A stretch of 63,785 bases of DNA, filler included, from Octopus bimaculoides (GCF_001194135.2; 5 parts of 5 records of this genome joined end to end with filler, not necessarily neighbours in it); one strand, 5' to 3'. Counted from the whole stretch's first letter, positions 48,193 through 61,744 are shown. Made by a program: numbers and translations. Notes: generated by a model from the sequence alone, not told the origin.

Positions 48193-48248
48193 TTTACCGG
48201 CTTACCAAACTCGGAATGTGAAAAGAATAACGTGTTAGGATTCTTTGT

Positions 48249-48255
48249 TGTTTAC
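48249..48255 (+). promoter_or_regulatory. Forkhead (FOXJ1-type) motif TGTTTAC
   Basis: Exact TGTTTAC about 20 bp from the X-box. The motif is short, so a chance match is possible. Confidence 0.4.
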
Positions 48256-48274
48256 AAATATTGCATGGTTATTA

Positions 48275-48288
48275 GTTACCATAGTTAC
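48275..48288 (-). promoter_or_regulatory. RFX X-box (GTAACT AT GGTAAC) 83 bp upstream of the PPIL6 ATG
   Basis: Minus strand matches the X-box consensus GTHNYY-AT-RRNAAC exactly. Position and gene class (ciliary) fit. Confidence 0.7.
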
Positions 48289-49759
48289 AGCATTACAAGG
48301 AAGATAACTCTGACGTTCCTCCGCAATATGAAGCATAAAGATTTAGGATGGAGAGGGAAATTTTCTGCTCGTGTTTCTTTTTCGTCTTCATCATATATTT
48401 TTTGTAATGGACTGCTTATCAAAATACTGACTAAACTGAATAAGTTTCAGTTGCTGAATCGCACTAAAAATTATATTTAAAACAGAGAACAAATTAAGAT
48501 TCCTAAATATTCAAAATTATCTACTATCTTTATATCTTCAAACAATTGTTTTTAAATTCACTGATGTTTGAAGAATTTTGTCTGACTTCAGTTTAAAAGT
48601 AGCTCAGACAACAGGGGGCGGCGAGAAGACGTGCGGTTTAGAGAAAGAATTTCATTTGTCATTATAACGAGGCAATTATTCCACAATTCTTTTTTGTTTT
48701 CATTTATCTAATTCAAGAGGACTGCTGATTTTTTTATTTTTATAACTAAGTAAATATATATTATATGAGCAGTCATTTTGAAACTACAAACAGGATGAAA
48801 GACATGTAAATAATTCAATTAGTGTATTAATTTATTTGAATTTGCTATTAGAAAAATGTTTAATTAAATATATAGATTCAACTCTTATATTTACGTATAC
48901 CTGTAATAGCTACGTGAAATTAATATACTTGTACAGAACTCTAATTACATTAAAAAAAAAAAGTAAATGCGTAAACAGTGTTCAGCTGCTGAAAGGAAAT
49001 TAAACATCAAAAATCAATTATGAAGAAACTTCAGAATAATGGATTCTACAGCGTGTAAAACAAAATAGAGTTACGTCCCTTGTACTAGCTATTGCATATT
49101 TATGGCAATTATTTTATTAAAAAAACTAATATTCCATGTACTTTTATGCAATACTTGTTAACAAAATTTTAAAAATGTCTATAATTCGAAAGTAATTCTG
49201 CCAGAGCTCAATATCGGCAATTTTCCAGAATCTGAAGGTTAAAGGTTGATACGATTTGTCCCTTTATAATTGTTAACTGAAATACTTCTTGCATACGTTA
49301 AGAATATATGTATTTAAAAACTAAACAACACACACACTGTGTAAACTCACATGGACTTAAACAGAAAATGTCATCTCTCTCATTCTCAAATACTGACTGT
49401 TTGGTTCTTTGTTAAATAGTTCCAGTCAACCTTCGCTCCGACTGTTAACGAGTTTCTAACCCAGACGAATGCTCGATGTTTTTTTGTTCGTAATTAGCTG
49501 GGAGCTTTTTATTTAACGGAGGGACACGTCTGTATTTCTCCGATAAAGTTTGTTTTACTACTATTCGACACGTATCAAACTGACTAAGAAAGACAGTACA
49601 GTTATGGTTTGGTAAAGCCGACCCGTAAAGGACCAAAACACTCCGACAACTCAGTAATTCTCATTTCTATTGATCACAACCAACAATTTGTTAATACTTC
49701 TGTACCCAAGTTCATCCCCCTTCTGTCTTTTTCGTCTTCTACCTTCAACCTCATAAGTC

Positions 49760-49990
49760 ACTGACCAAGAAAATTCTATCACTGATTTCCCCCACCCCAT
49801 CATATCCGCTTGTAACTGCCACACCGAACTCATTTCTGAGTATCTTAGTCAATTCTTGTCACTCTCAATAGCACCTCTCCTCACCTACATTTTTGACACT
49901 AATAACGCCCTTAACATTTTGAACTTCTTTCTTTCGGTCCCTCCCAACCACTTTTGCCATGGACATTAAGTCCTTCTATGCCGTCTCCAT
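49760..49990 (+). mobile_element. Penelope reverse-transcriptase fragment
   Basis: PIISACNCHTELISEYLSQFL....LLTYIFDTNNALNIL, then frameshifted FAMDIKSFYAV. Confidence 0.72.
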
Positions 49991-50160
49991 GAACAAATTA
50001 AGGCCATCTGAAGCTCTGAGCACAACCCGAGAATGGAACTCCCTTACCCCTTTCATTATCTAACTGACAGGACATTAAGGCACAATAAGTACTGAATATA
50101 AAACATGATTAAAAATTCGTTTTTCTTCCAGACCTCCCTCCAGTTCAGATCCCACAATTA

Positions 50161-50768
50161 TCTCTATATCTATAAAACAGGGGATGTTTGTGTGTGTGTG
50201 TGTGTACGTGAATGTGGTTTATGCACGTCCACAAATTAGCACGCATGTCGCTCCAATTTTCGGAGAAGATTCGGAATGACCCTATGTGCATTTTAGTGAA
50301 CTTTCTCTCTCAGAGGTACCCGCGTATACCTGTAAAAATCGATAAACTTTTGCCAATTTTGAAGTTTGTTGATATGGCGAAGTCAAATCTGTGCGTAAGT
50401 GCGTGAAGGCGAGAGAGAGAGAGAAATTGTATATTTGTGAGACGGAGGGTGAAGGAGTCATACATTTCTTTACCAGCGTCTGTGTGGTAGGCAGCAAGCA
50501 AACAGAAAAAAATACCCTCTCTCTCTCTCTCTCTATCTATCTCTCCCTCCCTTACATAAACATGCCAGTTATCTCTCTTTCTTTCTTACACACACACACA
50601 GCAACATTACACACAAAACACATGTTGCCAAAAAGAAATAGACACTATCTTTTTATCGTGAGTATGCCAGATAGAAAGTATGGTGTGTATGTGAAGTTGT
50701 TTTGTTAGTGTGAGAGAGCAGCATGTGTGTGTGTGTAATGTTGCTGTGTGTGTGAGACAGGGAGAGAG

Positions 50769-50799
<31 letters not shown>

Positions 50800-51297
50800 G
50801 AGATAAATGTGTGTAAGAGATAGAAAGGGAGAGCGCGATCTCTCTATCTCTGCCGAATTGATGTAAACAAACCCATGTGGTCTNNNNNNNNNNNNNNNNN
50901 NNNNNNNNNNNNNNNNNNNNNNNNNNNNNNNNNNNNNNNNNNNNNNNNNNNNNNNNNNNNNNNNNNNNNNNNNNNNNNNNNNNNNNNNNNNNNNNNNNNN
51001 NNNNNNNNNNNNNNNNNNNNNNNNNNNNNNNNNNNNNNNNNNNNNNNNNNNNNNNNNNNNNNNNNNNNNNNNNNNNNNNNNNNNNNNNNNNNNNNNNNNN
51101 NNNNNNNNNNNNNNNNNNNNNNNNNNNNNNNNNNNNNNNNNNNNNNNNNNNNNNNNNNNNNNNNNNNNNNNNNNNNNATGCACTCCAGTTGCAACACTGA
51201 TTCTGCCCAAATTTGAGGTCATGTTACTTAGTTTGGTTTGAAATAAAGAACTTGATTAGCATAATAATCCCAACTTAATCCCGGGCAATACTGCTAG
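50161..51297 (+). mobile_element. Non-autonomous Helitron-like element
   Basis: A|TC start (tctctatatctataaaac), internal (GT)n, 3' end cccgggcaatactgCTAG|T. A related 3' end lies at ~62195-62230 on the minus strand. Partly gap. Confidence 0.45.
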
Positions 51298-51693
51298 TAT
51301 TCAATAAAGTTTGATTTCTTTAAAATTATATTTAATCAATAAGCAACGTGCGCGCGCACACACGTCCGCACGCCCTCACATACACGCACCCCCCACACAC
51401 ATTCAAACAAACGCATATTGTATATATTCTTTTAATTCTTGTTTCAGTCATTTGACTGCGACAATGCTGGAGCAAACCTTAAAGGGTTTTAGTCGAAAAA
51501 ATTGACCTCAAGACTTATTCTTTGTAAGCCTAGTACTTATTCTATCGGTCGCATTTGCCGAGCTGCTGGTTACGGGGACAGAAACACACCAGCATCAGTT
51601 GTCAAGCGATGGCGTGGACACACACACACACACACTCACACATATATACGACGGGATTCTTTCAGTTTCCGTCTACCAAATCCACTCACGAGG

Positions 51694-51793
51694 NNNNNNN
51701 NNNNNNNNNNNNNNNNNNNNNNNNNNNNNNNNNNNNNTTAATTAATTAANNNNNNNNNNNNNNNNNNNNNNNNNNNNNNNNNNNNNNNNNNNN
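51694..51793. other. Scaffold-join spacer
   Basis: 44 N + TTAATTAATTAA (51738-51749) + 44 N. Confidence 0.92.
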
Positions 51794-52182
51794 AGCATGG
51801 CTGTTCGTACGCATGCGTCATACAGTCTGCCTTTTACTCTGAGTGAGAGTCCCTTTGTCGCCAGCATGGGTAAGAGCTCTCTAAACTTTGCCCAGGCTAT
51901 TCTTATTCTAGCAGCTACACTTTCAGCGCACCCACCCCCACTACTAACTTGGTCGCCCAGATAGCGGAAGCTATCGACTACCTCTAGTTTTTCACCCTGG
52001 AATGAGATAGAAGTTGTTTCCTGTTTGTTTACAGTCTTTATTGCACCTGAACATCTGCCACAAACAAAAACTAACTTGCTAGTTAACCTGCCTTTGATGT
52101 TGCTGCACCTCTTATGTGTCCATAGCTTGCACCGGGTACATCTTATAGAGTTACTACCTACTCCTTTTCTACATACTGAGCA
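51794..52182 (-). mobile_element. RTE-clade LINE RT fragment with PHD-type finger; 129 codons open, runs into the join
   Basis: CSVCRKGVGSNSIRCTRCKLWTHKRCSNIKGRLTSKLVFVCGRC...GEKLEVVDSFRYLGDQVSSGGGCAESVAARIRIAWAKFRELLPMLATKGLSLRVKGRLYDACVRTAML. No stops; absent from the ORF track. Confidence 0.87.
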
Positions 52183-53364
52183 GTGTATTACATAACTTTA
52201 ATATATTGTATCATACAACATTATAGAATGTAACATTCCTCATCATCATCACTGTTTAATGTCTGCTTTCCATGCTGACATGGGTTGGCTGGTTTGACTG
52301 AGGGCTGGCGAGCCAGGAGGCTGTACCAGGCTCCAATCCAATCTAGCAATGTTTCTACAGCTGGATGCCCTTCCTAATGCCAACCACTCCAAGATGCTTT
52401 TTACAAGCCACTAGCATGATGGCCAGTTAGGTAGTACTGGCATTGGCCACGCTTGAATGGTGCTTTTTACGTGCCACCAGCATGGGAGCCAGTCAGGTGG
52501 CACATTGTTATATCAATACAGCATTATTATATAAAAAAAATTTTTAAACCATTGGAGGGGCGATACATATCCTGCATGCAGATAATTGTCTTGCAAATTA
52601 TTTTCACAAAAACGTTAAAATATGAGTTGGCAAAGAAATTTGAATGTTATTTTAGAGGGTTTGGAATTAAAATTAAGAAAAAATAACATAAAATGAAGAT
52701 TTTTCTCCAATTTTCCACTGAGGAATCATGTATGTTCAAAAAATTTTTTTAAACTTTCTATTTCAATAGTTTTACAATGAAATGCTTAAATACAAGTCGA
52801 CAAAGAAAATCAAAAGTTGTTTAGGAAAGATCAACATACAATTTGCATATGATTAAAACTTGCATATGACTAACTAAATGATTATTCAAATAATTATCAT
52901 CACCATCATCATCCTTTAACATCTATTGTCCATGCTGGTATGGGCTGGACAATTTGACTGGGCTGGCATGCTAGAAGGCTGCACCAGACTCCAGTCTGAT
53001 CTGACATGGTTTTCTATGGCTGGATGCCCTTCCTAACGCCAACCACTCTAAGAGTGTAATGGGTGCTTTTACATGTGAAAAAGAAAGTGAGCAAAATGAA
53101 ATACTTATAAAAAATATTGCATAGGATTTAAGAGTTTTTTTAATGCCTTTCAATGATGGCAGGTGAATCAAATGTACTGCAGTTCGTGATAGGATATAAA
53201 TAATATGACCACTTGCTTATTGAGAAATTTGTAAGTCCGAATTTTTTTTTTTTTTAAGTGTCACCATTATAAGTATTTATGCCCCAATGAAATTAAGAAA
53301 TCAACTCATAAATAAACGAAACCATCGAATCCATCACAGTACTCACACATATGCACACACACAT

Positions 53365-53403
<39 letters not shown>

Positions 53404-54006
53404 CGCATATCTATGTATGTATTTATGTATGTTTGAAGAATATCAAACCAAATTTTCATCACGGCAAGCCACTCACCCAATCAGTACTTCTGCTAAATTT
53501 GGTAAAAATCCATTCACCCGTTTCCCAGTAATTTTGCAAACACACAGACAAACAAAGATGAGGGGTAATGATGATATTATATTATAGCACATTGTTATAC
53601 CATACAACATTCTTATATTCTATAACATTATATCATTATGTTATATAGCATTATTATATTATACAGTATCATTATATTAAATAACATTATTACATTTTAT
53701 CAAATAACAATATTTGGTTCATACAACTTTGTTACATTATATAACATTATCATCATATAAAATGATAACATTATTGAATCTTATATTGTATAACATTATT
53801 GTATTGAAGTACATCATATAATGTTGTACAACATTTTGTATAACATTATTATATCGTATTATGCAACATTATTATATTATGCATCATTATTATATTATAC
53901 AGCATTGTTATACATTATAACACTATAATATTATAGAATATTATTGTTATATAACATTATTATGATATATAACATTATATTATAAAACATTATTATATTA
54001 TATAAC

Positions 54007-54557
54007 ATGATGAAATTCGTTGACTGGCACCCATGCCAACCTTCCTTCATTGGACACAACTCAGCTTGTGAAGACCTATTGGAGCAAGTGAGATTGAAAC
54101 TGAACCAAATTCGCTGACTGGCACCCATGCCAGTGGAGCGCTAACAGCACCATCTGAGCGGGATCACTGCCAGAGCAGCGGTCTCACTTCCGTGCCGGTG
54201 GCACGTAAAAGGCACTATTTGAGCTTGATCGTTTCCAGCTTCGTCTTACTGGCACTTGTGCCGGGGCATGTGAACAAAACATTGGACTGACACCTGTGCA
54301 GGTTGCATGTAAAAAAAAAAAAACCACCATTTGAGCGTGGCCATTGCCAGTACTGCTGGATTGGCCTTTGTGCTGGTGGCATGTAAAAAGCACCCACTAC
54401 ACTCTCGGAGTGGTTGGCGTTAGGAAGGGCATCCAGCTGTAGAAATTCTGCCAGATCAGATTGGAGTCTGGTGTAGCCATCTGGTTTGCCAGTCCCCAGT
54501 CAAATCGTCCAACCCATGCTAGCATGGAAAGAGGACGTTAAATGATGATGATGATGA
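54007..54557 (+). mobile_element. Repeat family C (SINE-like, (GAT)n tail)
   Basis: ggagtggttggcgttaggaagggcatccagctgtagaaa..catgctagcatggaaa..gatgatgat. Other copies at 2395-2627(-), 30715-31460(-), 39625-39730(-), 52235-52500(-), 52900-53075(-). Confidence 0.82.
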
Positions 54558-55808
54558 CATTATAGAACATCGTTACATACTACATAACATTTTTCATATT
54601 ATATAACATTATTATATTATATAACGTTATATAACATTATATTATATAACGTTGCATAACATTGTATTATGTGTCATTCTTATATTCCTAGCACGTCTGT
54701 GTCATCAAACATGCCGCAAGTTTTATTAATGATAGGAAATATTGCATGAACACAATGCGAGAAAGCTTTCATAAATGTCAACAATTGAGTAAATGTATGT
54801 ACATACATAGAATTGAAGCATTTGAACAATCAGATACATTGTTCAAAATATCATCAACTATGTAATATATACATACATATATATGGTTTATGACCATATC
54901 ACATTGAAAGCACCAGTTCTTATTTGATCACCGAAGTTAAGCAATGTCAAGCCTAGTGATTACTTAGATGCGTGACCGCTTGGAAAACCTAGGTGCTATA
55001 AGTGTCTCACACTTTTATAGGCACAGGGGTGGCTGTATGATAAGGAGCTTGTTTCCCAACCACATGGTTCCAGGTTCAGTCCCACTGCGTGATACCTTGA
55101 GCAAGTGTCTTCTACTATAACCTTGGGCCGACCAAAGCCTTGTGAGTGGATTTGGTAGACAGAAACTGAAAGAAGCCTGTCATATAAATATGTATATGCA
55201 TATGTGTGTATATGCTTGTGAGTCTGTGCTTGTCCCCCCAACATTGCTTGACAATGCTGGTGTGTTTACAACACCATAACCTAGCAGTTCGGCAAAAGAG
55301 AAGAATAGAATAAGTACTAAGCTTACAAAGAATAAGTTCTGGGGTTGATTTGCTCAACTAAAGGTGGTGCTCCAGCATGGCGACACTCAAAGGACTGAAA
55401 CAAATAAAAGTATACATATATACATACATATANNNNNNNNNNNNNNNNNNNNNNNNNNNNNNNNNNNNNNNNNNNNNNNNNNNNNNNNNNNNNNNNNNNN
55501 NNNNNNNNNNNNNNNNNNNNNNNNNNNNNNNNNNNNNNNNNNNNNNNNNNNNNNNNNNNNNNNNNNNNNNNNNNNNNNNNNNNNNNNNNNNNNNNNNNNN
55601 NNNNNNNNNNNNNNNNNNNNNNNNNNNNNNNNNNNNNNNNNNNNNNNNNNNNNNNNNNNNNNNNNNNNNNNNNNNNNNNNNNNNNNNNNNNNNNNNNNNN
55701 NNNNNNNNNNNNNNNNNNNNNNNNNNNNNNNNNNNNNNNNNNNNNNNNNNNNNNNNNNNNNNNNNNNNNNNNNNNNNNNNNNNNNNNNCACACACACGTG
55801 TGTGTGTG

Positions 55809-55847
<39 letters not shown>

Positions 55848-56099
55848 TTATATATATATAAATGTGTGTGTGTATATATGTATACAATGAGTTTCTCTCA
55901 GGTAGATGGAAATCTACCAAATCCACTCACAAGGTTTTGGTAGGCCCAGGGCTATAGTAGAAGACACTTACCCACAGTGTCACAGGGTAGGATTGAACCG
56001 AGAACTGTGTGGTTGTGCAGCTTAACACAGCCAAATCTACGACACATGCACACACACACACACACACATGCACTCTCTCTCTCACACACATGTATACAT

Positions 56100-57600
56100 T
56101 CAAACATAATGACCTCATCTTTGCGGCTGGAGATTTTAATGGGCATGTCGGACAGCAATCTGGTATCTTCCATGGTGTTCATGGGGGCCATGGAATTGGT
56201 TCCCAAAATGAAGAGGGAACTAGGCAACTGGAGCTCTGTGATGCAAGCAACCTATTAATCTGCAACACCAGCTTCAGGATGCCAGACAGTCACCTGATAA
56301 CCTATCAATCAGGCGACTCTGCTAACCAGATTGATTTCATCCTCACCAGACAGTGGGATGCATGGTTGCTCTTAAATACAAAGACCCTCCTTGGGGAAGA
56401 ATGTACCCCCCCACCAGCAGTGACTTCAGACTCAAGGCCAGAAGGATGCCAAGAAGCAGACCAATCCAGAAAAGGATTTGGAAGCTAAAGACCCCTTCAC
56501 ATGGTTAGAGATTTAAGGGCATGCTCATTGAAAAATCTGAAGAGAAGAAGAAGCTACAGACTTGTGATATAGAGGGTAACTGGAAAATCCTACGTGACAG
56601 CTTACTGAGCACCAAAGACCAAATCTGCAGCTAGTGCAAAGTCCCTTCCAGACCTAGGGTAATATGGTGGAACAGTACAGTAGACAAGGCCATTAGAGTA
56701 AAGAAAAAGGCCTGGAAAACCTGGAAAAGTGGTGGATAACAGGGAGCTGTACCAGACAGCCAGAAGGGAGGCTGGGAGGAGCAGAAAAGAAGTTTTCCAA
56801 TGTTCAGCGACATGAGGACCAAAGAACTGAAGTATTTTGGATTGCAAGACAGTGTGTGAGAGAAAATTATGATGTTACAGGGGAGAAATGCATCAGCATG
56901 GATGATGGTGCACTTGCTTTTAATGATTCTGCAAAGAAAGAGGCTTGGAGATGCCATTATGAAAGGCTGCTTAATATGGAAAATGAATGGGAGGAGGAGA
57001 GCCTGCCAAATGTTGACCCAGTTGAGGGACCAGCTACCTGAATCGATAGCACCCTGGTAGATAAAGCAATTAAGGATATGAAGTCAGGAAAAGCCCCCGG
57101 CCCATCAGGAATCACTGCTGAGATGCTTAAAATATCTGGTGGTGTGTGTTATGGCCTAGTCACCCGTATTGTAAACCAGGTAGTTCAGGAAGGAGTCATA
57201 CCCAATGACTGGCATAGCAGCACCATAATCAACAGCTACAAAAGCAAAGGTGATGCTTTAGATAGAAATAACTATCAAACTGCTGGATCAAATGATGAAG
57301 GTCACGGAGAGGGTCATAGCCCAACTAGTTAGGGAGAGAGAGTCTGCTTAGATGAGATGTAGTGCGGTTTTGTGCCAGGTAGAAGCATCTCTAATGCTAT
57401 ACTCCTGGTAAGGCAACTACAGGAGAAATACCTAGGCAAAGATAAACCCCTATACTTGGCTTTTGTTGACTTGGAGAAAGCCTTTGACAGGGTCCCCCAA
57501 TCCCTTATCTGGTAGGTGATGCAGAAACTAGGGATAGACGAGTGGTTAATAAGAGCTGTACAGGGGTGCTGCCAGTAAGGTAAGGGTCAACAACGAGTAT
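56100..57600 (+). mobile_element. Decayed RTE-clade LINE (APE endonuclease + RT N-terminal half)
   Basis: AGDFNGHVG..HGGHGIGSQNEEG...NQIDFIL (APE). KSGKAPGPSGITAEMLK, GFVPGRS, LAFVDLEKAFDRVP (RT). Many stops and frameshifts. Confidence 0.92.
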
Positions 57601-57802
57601 AGTGAACGTTAATTCATATTTCCCCATTATGAGCCAGTTTAGCTGGGTAACATTGCAAGCAAGCCAGCAAGATTGAACTTCATTTTTAATGTATTATAGA
57701 TAACAATATCATTATATAACAGCATTATATTATATAACAGTATATTATATAACAGCATTATGTTTTATAATATTATATTCTATTATATAACAGCATTATA
57801 TT

Positions 57803-58045
57803 TCTCAAGTTTAACACAAACTTTCACGTTGGCTCTTTGTTCCAACTTTCTGCCCATGACAGAAATCACAGACTACAGCATACACATGATCACAAAAAAC
57901 ACAAATTCCACAACTTGTGAAGTAAAAACAAAGCAATATCACTCAGTACACTGCTGCATGAAGGTCACGACTAACTCTCACTATACACAGAAATGTGTGC
58001 TGCCATCTGTTGGTGCGCTACTGAACGAGTCAAGGCACCTTATGA
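57803..58045 (-). mobile_element. mariner 5' fragment (subterminal region + start of transposase)
   Basis: MGRKLEQRANVKVCVKLEK resembles the mariner N-terminal EQR..IKFC.KLG helix. Confidence 0.6.
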
Positions 58046-59259
58046 TATATAAGACATAGATATATAAATGCTATGTGAATGGCATTTGAAAACAAAATAA
58101 TTTAATAATTCAATTTCATATATTCATGTGTGTGTGTGTGTGTGTGTGAAATTGATGTAAGAAATATCATTTACAACAGACATTTGCAGTTTCAGTTTGA
58201 TTAAAATACTAGAAATTTCAGAGTTCACAATGCATCTCCCGCATTCAGGGTCGCTGACTGTCACCCACCTTCCATTTCCTGATTCAACTTTCCTTTAGGA
58301 GTGTGAATGATAGGTCACAAAATGCATTTTATTATATGTAAGATAATAACGTTTACCTTATATAGCATTGTTATATAATATTATATAACACTGCATTATA
58401 TAAGAGTATTTGTATTATATAACCTTATTATATAACATTCCTGGCACCATCACCTGTTTCCAAGTAAGGAAAAGCACACATCAACTGCTACACACAACAC
58501 ACATGCATACACATTACACATGCACACACTCACAAACGTCAGAGTCACTCGTCCCTATTCACACATATACACTCACACACACCATTCTCATATACACATG
58601 CATACATGCACACCTTCTTTTGTTGGGATCACTAGCACTATTATTATCTCCCTTTAATTCAACCACATTTTTTTATTAACTCCATTTCTTCCAATCTCGT
58701 TTTTTTTTCCAATCATTTGCCACGTTGGGCCGCTGAACTCTACAAGTCTTTTTTATTCTATCCCTGCTTATTTTCTCTTATTCCTTTCTGTTGAAGAGCG
58801 TAAGCTCGAAATGTAATGGACTTTTTCATTTTTCCCAAGCGTCGAACTAATACACTTGCTTGTTGTTCATACACCTGTCTTCATCTTTGTTTTTCTGTAA
58901 ATTTCAACTATATATAAATATACGTGTATGTGTGCATGCATGTATATAAATATATATANNNNNNNNNNNNNNNNNNNNNNNNNNNNNNNNNNNNNNNNNN
59001 NNNNNNNNNNNNNNNNNNNNNNNNNNNNNNNNNNNNNNNNNNNNNNNNNNNNNNNNNNNNNNNNNNNNNNNNNNNNNNNNNNNNNNNNNNNNNNNNNNNN
59101 NNNNNNNNNNNNNNNNNNNNNNNNNNNNNNNNNNNNNNNNNNNNNNNNNNNNNNNNNNNNNNNNNNNNNNNNNNNNNNNNNNNNNNNNNNNNNNNNNNNN
59201 NNNNNNNNNNNNNNNNNNNNNNNNNNNNNNNNNNNNNNNNNNNNNNNNNNNNNNNNNNN

Positions 59260-59333
<74 letters not shown>

Positions 59334-60026
59334 GTATATATTTCTATGCACCAGTCATTAGCCAGCAGCCATATTGGCACAACACCTTCAGAGCATTTAA
59401 TCAAACAAATATATTATATATATATATATATATATACTATGTGCTTCTTTCAGTTTCCATCTACCAAATTCACTACAAGGTTTTGGTAGGCCTGGGGCTG
59501 TAATATAAAAGACTTACCCAAAGTGTCATACTATGAGATTATTATATTATATAACACTGATATACTATATAACATTATTATATTTGCAACATTATTACAT
59601 TATATTATATAACATTTTTATATTGTGTAACATTGTTATATTATATAGCATTATTATACCACATAACATTATAACATTAGCATATAACATTATCATATAA
59701 AATTATACAATATTGTTATATTATGTAAAATTATAATATATTAGAACACTGTTATACTATATATAATATTATATAACATCATATTATATAAAAGTAATAT
59801 ATTATATGACATTATTACATAACATTCCTGTCAGCAAACATCACCTGTTTCCAAGTAAGGTAATGTTATACCCTATCTAGACATGAATACCTGCAAAATT
59901 AGAAACAAAAAACACCTCTGGAATGACTGTAACACTCACAGCTATTGCCCGATGCCATGCTTAGAAGATACTGAAAGAAACAAAGATACACACTCATATA
60001 CATATACATATATATATACATACATA

Positions 60027-60081
<55 letters not shown>

Positions 60082-61744
60082 TTATCTATCTATATATATA
60101 TATANNNNNNNNNNNNNNNNNNNNNNNNNNNNNNNNNNNNNNNNNNNNNNNNNNNNNNNNNNNNNNNNNNNNNNNNNNNNNNNNNNNNNNNNNNNNNNNN
60201 NNNNNNNNNNNNNNNNNNNNNNNNNNNNNNNNNNNNNNNNNNNNNNNNNNNNNNNNNNNNNNNNNNNNNNNNNNNNNNNNNNNNNNNNNNNNNNNNNNNN
60301 NNNNNNNNNNNNNNNNNNNNNNNNNNNNNNNNNNNNNNNNNNNNNNNNNNNNNNNNNNNNNNNNNNNNNNNNNNNNNNNNNNNNNNNNNNNNNNNNNNNN
60401 NNNNNNNNNNNNNNNNNNNNNNNNNNNNNNNNNNNNNNNNNNNNNATAGATAGATAGATAGATAGATACACACACACACATACACCTATAGTCATGAGAA
60501 TATATATGTATATTTCTACACATCAGTCATTAGTCAGCAGCCATGTTGGGGCACCACCTTAAGAGGAATTTAATTAAACAAAAATATATGTGTGTGTGTG
60601 TGTGTGTATACTATGTGCTTCTCTCAGTTTCCATCTACGAAAACCACTCACATGGCTTTGGTAGTCTTGGCGCTTTAATAAAGAAACTTACCCAAAATGT
60701 CATACTATGGGATTATTATATTATATAACAATGTTACATTATATAACATTATCATATTATACAACATTGTTATGTTATATAACCTTATTACATTATATAA
60801 CATTATTACATTATATAACATCGGTGTATTGTATAACATTATTATGTTATATAACATTATGATACAACATAATATAACATTATCGTATGACACCATATAA
60901 AATTATATTACACAGCATTATCATATTATGCAAAATTATTATATCTTACAACATTGTTGTACTAAATATCAATATCATATTATAGAACATTATTATATTA
61001 TACAATACTGCTCTATTATATAACATTATTGTGTGATATAACATTATTATAAAATGTTATTGTATTATATAACATAATTATAGTATATAACATTATCATA
61101 TAACATTATTATATTATACAATATTCTTATATAACATTATTGTATTATATAGCATTGTTACGCTATATAATATTATATTATACAACATTATTATATGTTA
61201 CAATACTGTTATATTATATAATAATATTATATGGCATCACATTATTATTTTACATACCAATATTATATTATGCAACATTGTTATATTTTACAATATTATT
61301 GTATTATATAGCATTTTTATATTATACAACATTATATCATGCAATATTGTTATATTATATAACATTACAATATATAACATTATTGTATTATATAACAATA
61401 TAATATTATACAACATTATTATAATATATGACAAGGTAGAAAGATGGCAGACTCGTTAGCATGCTGGGCAAAATGCTTAGCAGTATTTCACACTTGCTAT
61501 GTTCTGGGTTCAAATTCAGCCAAAGTCGACTTTGCCCTTCTTCATTTTGGGATCAATAAATTAAGTACCAGCTGTGCACTGGGGTCAATCATATTAACTC
61601 GCCCCCTCCCCGCAATATTTCAGGCCTTGTGCCTATAGTAGAAAGGATTATTATAATATATGACATTATATTATATTACTTTACTATATTATATGACATT
61701 ATTATATTTCATATTATTACATTATGTAACATTATTGTATTATA

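Noticed and set aside
60697-61403. LYNII-repeat proteins on both strands
   Set aside because: By-product of the 18-bp quasi-palindromic satellite (length divisible by 3).
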